Below, piece after piece: positions 53,977-64,000 of a DNA stretch of 64,000 bases. The stretch lies in NCBI GenBank assembly GCA_964016885.1, contig OZ024741.1, forward strand, positions 382,354,001 through 382,418,000, in the 5' to 3' direction. Source of the DNA: Eledone cirrhosa. Taxonomy: Eukaryota. Position numbers and translations under genes: made by a program. The notes beneath the pieces were generated by a model. It did no database searches. It had not been told where the DNA came from and saw nothing but the letters and a program-made list of their open reading frames with translations. The stretch's first letter is position 1, and each line of letters begins with the position of its first letter.

Positions 53977-54919
53977 AGTGAATGAGAGACAATTTGAGAC
54001 AATGAGAGATAGTAGATACATCTGTGTTTGCGTGTGTGTATATGTGTGAGTTCCATGATATTGTATGTGGAGAAATTAAACAACATCAGCGTAATATTTA
54101 TTCTAGACTAAACAGGAAGAAACTTCGACCAATTAGTGAATTCGAATCTTAATTACATCGTTAAAATCACTTTAAAATAATGCATTAAATTAACCACTTT
54201 CAAGTGTTTAATTTGAAGCTTAATTCTTATTTGACTCTTTAATTTACTTTCAATTTGTTCCCATTTGCTAAAATGTTCTAATTGTGTTTGTTGTTTTTAG
54301 CCAAAACGTTAATTCAATGTTTTAATCAACATCGTTTTTGTTTTGTTTCTTTATTCCGTATGTGCTTTATTCTTCTGTTTTTATGTAAGTGAATCTATAG
54401 TATCTTCAAACACAGTAGGGTCTCACTTATGTAATATAGTAAATTGCAAAACTTCGAACAACTGATATTATCCAAGTAAAACCTCACTAGCATGTGTTGA
54501 AATATTAGATGACATCCAGCCAACGTAACAGCTCAATTAAAATCCTTTAATCAAATATTTGTCAATGGAGACTATGTCAACTGAAGGGAATTCTATCTTT
54601 AAACTCAACTGAGTCTAATCTGAGCTATTTTCTTGAGACAATAGTTTCGATAATCATAAGAGTCATTAAATTATGTCTATTTATCCATAACAGTTAACTT
54701 TAAAAGCTACATCCATTCCAGCTAGTAGTATCACTAATGTCAGCTGATGTTATTTAGCTTTTATCCATTGCTTGCCGCTTCCATTTTAAACATTCATAAA
54801 AGGAGATTGTACAGAAGACTTCTAGTTTCTAGCGTTTTCTATAAAACACGTTACAGTATTTGTATTTAGTTGTTGAATGCGCAACTGATGTATTTTCCAT
54901 GAAACATTGTACGATTACA

Positions 54920-55140
54920 ATGTTGGGGTTTCGTTTGCAAACCTAGGTTGAGTGTTGTGTTCTTGAACAAAACACATTATTTCACGTTGCTCCACTATAC
55001 TCAGCTGAAAATGCGTACGAGCAGTAGATGGGGTTTAAACTAGAGACGGACACATGTCCTACCCAGGAGGCGGAGCAGGTACTCCCAGTCGTTTAATGCC
55101 ACATAAACTGGGATAGGCACTCGAACTCGAGACAGACTTG
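54920..55140 (+). mobile_element. Decayed SINE of a second family
   Basis: gttgtgttcttgaacaaaacacattatttcacgttgctccactatactcagctg resembles the tgtgtccttgagcaagacact-type SINE core. Confidence 0.5.
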
Positions 55141-55424
55141 AGATTTAGATCGTATAAGAGATCTATAGTTTTGATATATTTCAATGGTCAGGAATTGCAA
55201 AATAAAAGTCATCTACATATATTAATATTTGTGTACGTCACTGATATTCAGTTCCACCAGGGTCCTCATCATCATCGGCAGCAGCAAAAGTAGCAAGAGC
55301 AGCAACACCATCAGCAAGCAACACCACCAGCAGCAACCCTTGCAGCAGCACCAATATCAGCAGCAGCGCACCATTATCGTTAATCCAGTTCGTTTATATT
55401 TGCCTGATATAAATTATTTCTATC

Positions 55425-55860
55425 CCTAGATGGATTAATGCTCTCCCCATTCGAAGGAAGTAGGTCAGTCATCTCTAACGTCACAGGCTGTGACACGTTC
55501 TCCGTCTCCAACTTAGTCGCTGCAGACACAAACAACGGTACCGGGACCCGCAATGCAGACGACAGGAAAATAATAGGGCTTGTCCGGCCGCTGCCTCTTT
55601 TTACCGGTCACCAGCGAATCATCAGGCCTCCTTGAATCCCTTACAGCCAAGCTCCTCTGTAAAATCGTAACATCAGTAGTCCGTCTGAGAAAGGAGCGCC
55701 ACGTGGTGAGGTGGTTATGCAGCGGGTGTCACTGGTCATTGTCCGTGGAAATGCCTTTGTAATTTTTACCGCAGGGTGCCGCCGAAACACCACCCCGACG
55801 TAAGTGTAGTGTTTGTCACACTGCTACCTATCGTTCTTGCGTTGCCTAATAATAATTACT
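55425..55860 (+). mobile_element. 3' end of a CRE-like RLE retrotransposon
   Basis: DGLMLSPFEGSRSVISNVTGCDTFSVSNL...ADDRK and WLMQRVSLVIVRGNA resemble the PDG.T..P...WD.T..DT and QR.S....RGNA motifs of CRE-clade C-termini. Confidence 0.65.
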
Positions 55861-56077
55861 CTTTCTCAACTTTTCTTCTCATTTATAACATTTATTGTCA
55901 TTTCCTTTACTTTTCTACACAGCCAAATCTGTCCTTCTTTTCGCCTTTCGCCTGGTTTTATTACTTAATTTTGTTTTTATCCTTTTTCAATATTAACCTT
56001 ATTGTATAACTTCCATTCATTGTATACAAAGCTTACCATAATGTTGCAGGAAGAAAAATAAACGTTTGAATTCCAGT

Positions 56078-57420
56078 AGAGATGTTCTGCGCTAGAGAAC
56101 GGGTAACAGGTGGTGAATCGAATACGGACATCAGATAGGATGGTTAGTTGTGATATATGCCGGACGAATAATCGGCCCCGAACCAACAGCGGTAAACTAC
56201 TTAGGGGAGATGGAGCAATTGGTGACATTTATAGCCTCCAAGAAAACTTTTTTTGAACCAGTCACGTATCTATGTCGAGGCAAGTAAAGGGCGAGATTGA
56301 CAAAGTAACAGATTAGTGACTGGGACGTACAAGACCACTGAAACTGCAACTGCAAATAGCGTGAGAGGAACAAAAAAAAACCATATCGCATAATCCTTCC
56401 CTTCAATTAACAAGGGACGTGTTTTTGCCTTAGGCTGAGTGGGTTACTCGAATAATGTATTTCAGTTTCCATTTCATGTTGCAAAAACAGGTAATGGGCT
56501 GTGAACTATACTGAGAGGCATGGGATGGACTCACAAATGTTGCGCATCCCCAAACCCCAAAGAGGATCCAGAAAAGAGCAAACATTGACAAATGGAAGCT
56601 GGAGCATCACAACTCTTATATGTAAGGACCAGGATATAATAGGTGAGGCTAGACGCTACCGGCAAGATAGAGTCGGGGATCCTCAACAGAGTTCCGTGGC
56701 TCTGATACTGTAGGTTTGGATGGTGGATGGAAACTTGACTATTCAGGCGTGGCGCCAGAGATGACTGGAAAACCGGAAGTGGGGATGCTCACAAGCCTCC
56801 GGCCGTCAAAATATGCTGTACACTGGATTCCATTAGGAGGGAGGATTTGCTTCAGAAAGCTTAGGCTGAATCTTAGGTCACTATGTGTAGTGCAGCTTTA
56901 TGCACCAAACAATGAGTCGGAATACGCGCCCTTCCTTGATGAAGTTACCACAGCGTTAGGTGTAATTATGACTGAGACATATATCCTAACGGGAGACTTA
57001 AATGCACATGTTGGCACATACCACCTGACATAAAATGACGTGATTGGAAGGAATAGTGACCCCGATATAAATACAAATGGAAATGCCTTATTACACTACT
57101 GTTCTAGCCGGTGGAGAAATTCAATTATCTTGGGGCCTTGTTCATTAGTGATGGAAGGCAGGAAGGTGAATTAAGTTTGAGGGATCAGAATTGAGTGATC
57201 ACAACTGCGATACTATGGGGATGTGTTTAGAATGTTTCAGGTACAAATCACTGAAAATATTTTACAGGCAAAAGCAACCGACATGAGACCCAGTGATATA
57301 CACTGAGCAAGATGGTTGGATAACATCCAGTACGAGGCTGGAGATAGTTGCTTCTGACAGGACCCGCTGGAAGGGGTTTTTGAGGACTATGCACCTACGA
57401 CTTTCTCAGGAATAAGTGGG
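56078..57420 (+). mobile_element. Internally deleted RTE-like LINE ending at a (GAA)n tract
   Basis: 5' UTR homologous to the region from 1935; APE motif VVQLYAPN...YILTGDLNAHVG; jumps to RT C-terminal remnants at about 57110; (GAA)n at 57422-57511. Confidence 0.8.
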
Positions 57421-57482
57421 TGAAGAAGAAGAAGAAGAAGAAGAAGAAGAAGAAGAAGAAGAAGAAGAAGAAGAAGAAGAAG

Positions 57483-57513
<31 letters not shown>

Positions 57514-57769
57514 TATGATGATGATGATGACAAACATTGATACTCCTCTTGAATCAATCTGCTACGTGCACTAAGTGTTATTCGCTCATTCAAACAATCA
57601 AACTAATACACGACGAAATAGGCCCAGACGTGCAAATACTTAACTCATAAGTAACACTGGTATATATAAGATTCGACGAATTGACAGAGTGTTTAGAAAC
57701 CTAGTTATATGTTTTGGCATAAATTGTTCCACCGAAAGCAACTAGTATGCCATCCATAACATATATCTG

Positions 57770-60700
57770 TCTAAGAAACACCTGGAACGGCACAAGGTTG
57801 GACATTTTGGTCCAAATGAAACCGGACAGAATTTCTGAGATAGCAGAAAGGGTGCCAGTAGACGATACCAATTATATTCACATTTCGGCAGATGGAGGGT
57901 GGCCACATTGTTTTAAATGCGCGAGGATATCGCATTTAAAGGCCTCCTGTCCCCTCTTGCGAACGACCCCCCCCCCCCCAAAGTACGTTTACCAACAACA
58001 ACACAAAAAACAGGCAAACACAAAAACAAACAACTGTTCAACTACAAACAACAGAAAAAAACACAAACAATTCCCCTGAAAAACACAGTCCCACCCATCC
58101 CACTCCATCCAACACTACCACAATCAAACACACAAATACACCATCACGACACAACATACCCCTTCAACACGCCCCTGATGTCGATTCATCACCATACGAG
58201 GCTACTTCTCCATCCCCAAGTGAAGATGAAGTAGAATCTCGTAAATCAAAAAGACAAAAAAAGAGACACCACATAATCACAAAAACAATCACCAACACAA
58301 TCACACAACCACCAACACAAATAACAACACAAACACCACCACAATCACCCCACCCCCTACCACTTAAACAAACACCAACACTACCCCAAACACAAATGCG
58401 CCCACCATAAAATGAAAACTACAAAATGAACAACAAACCAAAACAACACAACAAAAAAACAAACAGCAATACACATACATTAACACAAACAACAAAAACC
58501 TAATGGAGGTCATCTCCCAAGACCCACAAAGTAGAAACTGAGTGGAAAATGTGTAAAAGCAAACTCTCAGCCACACCTAAAACTAATAAGGCTTTTGATA
58601 GAGACCTATCAGACATTGAAAGAAAAATGTTCACAGGAAGTTGGCAACCTCTGCCAAAAACCAATAAACCGTGTGCTGTTGAAATGTTTCCCCACCCCAC
58701 TCAACAGCCCCTCCAGAACTGAAATGGGATTGAACAACCAGATCTCCAGGAAACGGAAAGGTAAGTGCACCTTTTCGTCCTTTTTGCCATCCCTTCTCCC
58801 CCAACATGGTTAACTTACGAGTTGGAAGCGTGATGTACGTGGCCTAAGGATGCCCTGGAAACAAGGGCCAAAATTTAAACAACGTTAGGTCACACGGTAT
58901 AGATGTAGCCATATAGCCATCACCGAGTCCAGGATCTACAACATGCAGCAACTAACCCCCATCTTCAATGATTTTGAGATCTACGCATCTCTCTGTCAGC
59001 CGGGAGGTGGAGAGGGAGTGACTGTCATGTTTCGGAAAAACCTGGATCTCGAAGTACAGCAAGTACACTTGGACCCGAAGGGTAGACTGGTAGTCCTAGA
59101 CGTGAACAGTATTGGAGGTGGTGCCTTCAGACTGGTGGCCGTTTATGCCTCTACCGGGCAATCACAATCGCGGTCAGGCTTCTTTAAGCGTCTGGAGTCT
59201 TTCCTGGGAACGTCTCGCTCCTTACTTTTAGTGGGGGACTGTAATGGTATCCTAGATGCGTGATGGGACTACGTGGGAGCATATTCCAGTAAAACGGGGT
59301 TCAACAGCATCAAAAATCTAATCGGCCAATCCCAACTGGCCGATAGATATCGATTAGATATGCCAACTGCACCACAGTGGACGTGGGCAAACCGCAGCGG
59401 GACATCTACATCGTATCTAGATAGGTTTTTCATTAGAGAAAAGGACAAGAAGATGTTAAGCTGTTCAGAAATGCACATGGTTGCCTATTCAGATCACAAA
59501 CTAGTCGTCTGCATAGTCAACCGTGATAGAATACATAGACAAGGACCCGGATCTGGAAGCTGAACGTATCGTTGCCGGCACGAAAAAGCTACAGTGAAGG
59601 CATAAATAGATTAGTTAAGCAAGATTTGAAGGGAGAAATCGTCAACAATAGATGGTGGCACTCTCTCAAGAGAGCAATTAAAGTAGAATCGATAGGGTTT
59701 AGCAGAGAATTAGCTTTACAGAAAAACAAATCAGAAACAGAACTAGTAGCCAAAGTAGAGGAGGCGCTTAGGTATGGCACCGCAGCTAAAGTGCTAGGAT
59801 CGAGAACGGCACTGGACCAGTTCTTCGACGCGAAACACGAAGGCTGTGTGGTCAGAAGTAAATCACGTGCTCTTGGAAACGAGGGAGCAAAAGCTGTTGG
59901 CTAGGCCCGAGTGGCGGATGCGAAAAGTGGCAACAAGTCCACGATTCGCTCTTTGAAAGACGAAAACGGACGCGTGCTACTTGACCCCGGGCAGATGTGC
60001 GCCGCCTTTCAGTAGCACATTGCGCGACTGTTTGTGCAGAACGACGGTACACCGAACGGGGCAATGGACTTTTGTTCATACCTCGAAGGCCTGTCGCGTC
60101 TCTCGAGCATGGACGCCGATTTCTGGGAAAGACCGATCACAGCCACTGAGATACGGAACCCTCTGGGCCGCTGCGGGAAACGCAAATCACCCGCTCTAGA
60201 TAGTCTACCCTATGAGGTTTACATTAGCATGACGGACTTGTTCTCTGGCGTCCTCGAAGCCGTCTACTTCAATTGGCAGCAGAACGGGACAATTCTCAGT
60301 TCTGCAGGCAAGGGCGTAGTAACGCTGATCAGGAAAGACGAGAACAAGGGGGAAGAAATAAACAATTTCAGGCCCATAACTCTGCTCAACACAGAGTTAA
60401 AGATGTTGGTCAAGGTGCTAGCGCTAGCTGGTAGGGAAAGCGCAAACGTGTGCAATCCCAACCAGGTCCATACACGTCAACCTCCACCTCATACGATACA
60501 TCATAGAAAGGGTGGGGTGTAAACCCGGCTTCGGTAAGGCTCTGATCAATTTAGATCAGTCTAAGGCATTTGATAGGGTCGACCATGGATACTTCGAAGC
60601 GGTTCTCAAGGCGGCCGGTTTCGGTCCCGTGTTCAGAGGCTGGAGCAAGGCGATGCACACCAGCATCTGCTCGAGGGTCAAGGTGAACGGCTATCTATCG

Positions 60701-62360
60701 GAGCCGTTCACAATCACGCGTTCCATTCGGCAGGGATTCCCTCTCTCCTCCATTCTGTACGTATTGACTCTAGAGCCACTACTGTGGAAGTTGGAGTTTT
60801 GCAGGGCATCCCTGCAGAACCTCGAAAATCGAAGAAATCGGCAACCTACTACAAGAATACGAAAGGTTCACAGGAGAAAAACTGAACCCGGACAAGTCTG
60901 TCGGTTTGCAACTCGGAGCGTGGAGAGGCAAACCGATGCTTCCCGACATGCTTGGGGTCTGGTTCGGTCCAAACCTCCAGGTGGAGAGAAACTGGAACAA
61001 GGTCATGACCAAGGTATATGCGCTCACCCAGAGTGGGTTGAGTGCAAACTGTCTTTGAAAAAGGTCGAGCGGAGGTGGCGAACACTTTCATAGTGTCCGT
61101 CATCTACTACCGCTTGACTGTCGTGACTTGTCCCCGTGAATACCTCACCAAGATGGAACGCAAGCTCTTCCAGTTCCTGGGGAAGAAGCAGGCTCCACTG
61201 GTGAGGAGATGTGTCTGCTGTCAACACCCTTCCAACGGAGGGCTGGGAATGCCGTGACTAATGATGCGCAAATATGCGCTGAGGCTACGGCATCTCCAGG
61301 TATTCCTCACCGACCAACCGGTGTGGGCACCGTTTGTGAGACAGGCCTTCCCACAACTTGTATCGTTGACGGAGCTGCAGTCCTCCGTCAAGCGAAGACC
61401 GAAGAAGATGGGCGCCTGGCACATTGAATGAACCTAGGCGCTCACAGTCCTCTGTCAAGCGGGCACAGCAATCAGTGGAGTCTCCACTTCGACATTCTAT
61501 AGAGGGTTAGTACTTCACGAGTACGACGACGTGCTCGGGGAGCCTCTAGGCGTCGAAGACAAAGAGCTCACCAGTCTATTCGGTAGGACTTTGCGCCCGG
61601 GACCTATGGACAACTACCAGAGGTCCCTGGCCTAGCAGTGCTACCGACGAGCTCTACCCGTTCAAGATAAGATCTACAGGCACGGACACCCCTGGCAGGG
61701 ATCCTTCCAAGAGGATGTGTCCAAGATGCGAGCAGGACATTGAAACCGTCTTACACGCAATTGTACACTGCCCGGGCGTAAGCCACCTGTGGAATTATGC
61801 AGAACAACTGCTATCGCGTATGGGACAAATCCAGTTGACTGTCGAGTTCATAGTAAGGATCAAACCGCCAGCCTCTTTCAAAAACGAAAGAGAGGCGGTT
61901 TTCCTCTGTACAGTGGCTATGGTGAAAGAAGTTATATGGTGGACGAGATTGAGGGGACTGGGGACAGATGCCGTTCTCTCCGGACAACAATTGATTCCTT
62001 TCTTTAAGTATCAATTTAGAAGTAGAATCAGAGTGGAGAGAGAGGCACTGCACCCCAGTAAATTTACTGAAAGGTGGGTGAATGTAGCGAAAATGGCCCG
62101 AGTGATTGGGACTTCTCTGTTTATAAGCCTGTAGGTTAAAGAAGAGAGCAAAAGGAAGAAAGGAGACTTGCACATCACGCTCCTGAAGGTGAGGGTTGTT
62201 CTATCAAACAAGGCATTTGTGGCATCTCCCTCCCATTGGAGATTTCGATTGTTATAATTGTTTGTTTTATAATTTTTTTTTACACGACTGTCTGTAAAAT
62301 CCCCGGCATGTGTCTTTGTATTGTCCCCTTTTCTTGTGCGCCCTTGTGGCAAATAAAGAA
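57770..62360 (+). mobile_element. L1/Tx1-like LINE (partial ORF1 with CCHC knuckle, decayed ORF2 APE-RT-CCHC, 3' UTR)
   Basis: CFKCARISHLKASC; ORF2 from about 58806 with LLVGDCNG, SYLDRFF, SDHK, NFRPITLLNTE, LDQSKAFDRVDH, RQGFPLS, CPRCEQDIETVLHAIVHC; YADD region deleted; aataaa just before the tail. Confidence 0.92.

Positions 62361-62452
<92 letters not shown>
62360..62452. repeat. (ATCT)n microsatellite between two head-to-tail L1/Tx1 elements
   Basis: Directly visible. Confidence 0.95.
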
Positions 62453-62453
<1 letters not shown>

Positions 62454-64000
62454 GATAGAGTGAGACACGCTTCACATCGGCTCTGCTATTCTATCTGAAT
62501 TTACCCTTACTATAGTAAGTACCAGTGAATTTTTTCAGTGCAACACATTTGGAAAACTTACCCCTGTTATTTAGGGAAACATTTTTACATTTTACCCCCT
62601 TTTTAGGGGGTAAAATAAATAACTACTTTTCTGTAAAACTTCTTTCTTGGATGCATGGCGGGAAAGATGGCAGACATGTCTGCCATTAGCTCTGCCACGC
62701 CCCCCAAGTCTGAAGAACAAAAAATGGATACAACAAAACTAGACAACGAAACAAACAAGGAAAATGAAAAAAACAAATGTTACAGAAAATGAGCAAACGG
62801 AAAACAAACAAACAGAAAATAAGAATACAAAAAACAACAAGGCAACTTTCGCCCAGACAACAAAAAAATCTATAATATATACACCTATTGACTTGACTGC
62901 CGCCAGAGAAAAACTGGCAGAAGCAAAAAAACACATAGTCTTGGGGGAGAACGGAATGTTTTCCATTAATTCCTCCCAGAATTCAAGAAAACGAGACTAG
63001 AAAACACTGTTCTGTTTAGAACAATTCTAAACCACACGAGAAACCAGCACAGCCCAGCCAAATGGAGATAGAGTTGGTCCTAAAAGACTATATGAAGAAT
63101 ATTCTCTTCATACGAAAGGACCGACTCTATGGCAGCATTTCTGTTTTAACAAAAGACAAGGAAACAGCACAGAGGCTTTCCCTAAGCCCACTCTCAACAA
63201 CAGCATACAGCTTCTATCCCTCCTACATGGGTAGAAGAACTCAGAGAGTCAAAATACAGACAATGCTGCCCACAATGGACTTCTGGTGGGCTATTGCTGG
63301 CTTCATAGACATGGGCGAGGACACAGTGCTGTCAATGGGGAAGGCATCTGGAGGTGCGTTCCTGGGAATGGGCCTCGACCTACTAGTCCAAATGAGGCCC
63401 GAAAGAATAGCGCAAATCCCGGATCGCCTCTGGCTGGATGACCTCACCCCAATATATATAATTGTAGAGGGAAGAAGACCAGCATGCTATTCATGCATGG
63501 AAAGGGGACACGTTAAGGCTAAGTGCCCGAATCGTATCCCCCAAAAAGGACTATTGCCCACACCCACCACAAACAGTACACCAACACCACCCACCTCCAA
63601 AAATACACTAATACCACACACAGCAAACAAAATACAGACACCACCAACCACAAGCACAACACAAACATCACCACCACCAGCACCAAACACAAGCACGACA
63701 CAAAAATCACGACCACCATCACCAACCACAACACAAACATCACCACCACCACCACCACAAAACACATTCCAAACTAATAATAAAAAAAAGCAACAAATCT
63801 ACCCCTCCCGCAAAAAAAAACAACCAGACACCACGTCCCTCCCACCTAGCGCTGAAGAGTTTCCCCCAACTTCTGAAGAAAAAGGAGGAGAAGCCTTCAG
63901 ACAACTTAAAAGAAAAAAACGAAAGCACACACCCAGCACACCACAAGAACAAATAACCCACACAGAAACACCAACTCCAATCAAAAACACCCCACCCTCG
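62453..64000 (+). mobile_element. 5' end of another L1/Tx1-like LINE (5' UTR and ORF1), running off the window
   Basis: ILFIRKDRLYGSISV...FYPSYMGRR...IIVEGRRPACYSCMERGHVKAKC (knuckle from 63485), then a Pro/Thr/Gln-rich tail; homologous to ORF1 at 19776-20600 and 57770-58200. Confidence 0.88.

Overview
AT-rich, microsatellite-dense eukaryotic DNA made up almost entirely of transposable elements. The tRNA-derived SINE family and (TA)n load suggest an octopod or other cephalopod (inference). No complete host gene is visible; there is only one candidate 78-nt exon (403-480). Contents: (i) several R4/Dong-like non-LTR retrotransposons (RT, CCHC finger, restriction-like endonuclease) sitting in (TAA)n repeats, one nearly intact at about 35.2-39.1 kb; (ii) several L1/Tx1-like LINEs; (iii) two RTE-like remnants and a CRE-like 3' end; (iv) Penelope-like elements, including an apparently full-length Naiad-type element (39.65-43.9 kb) whose two pseudo-LTRs each carry a minimal hammerhead ribozyme; (v) a non-coding array of about 430-bp hammerhead-bearing units (9.9-11.2 kb); (vi) SINEs, a non-autonomous Helitron, small foldbacks and two copies of an unclassified 1.2-kb palindrome-plus-tail element. 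The most notable signals are the hammerhead motifs, an inverted pLTR fragment that breaks at the predicted ribozyme cleavage site, and a shared 12-bp-stem/TTTT-loop hairpin and splice donors in divergent L1/Tx1 elements. All calls come from reading by eye. Clade names rest on recalled motifs, and boundaries of decayed elements are approximate.
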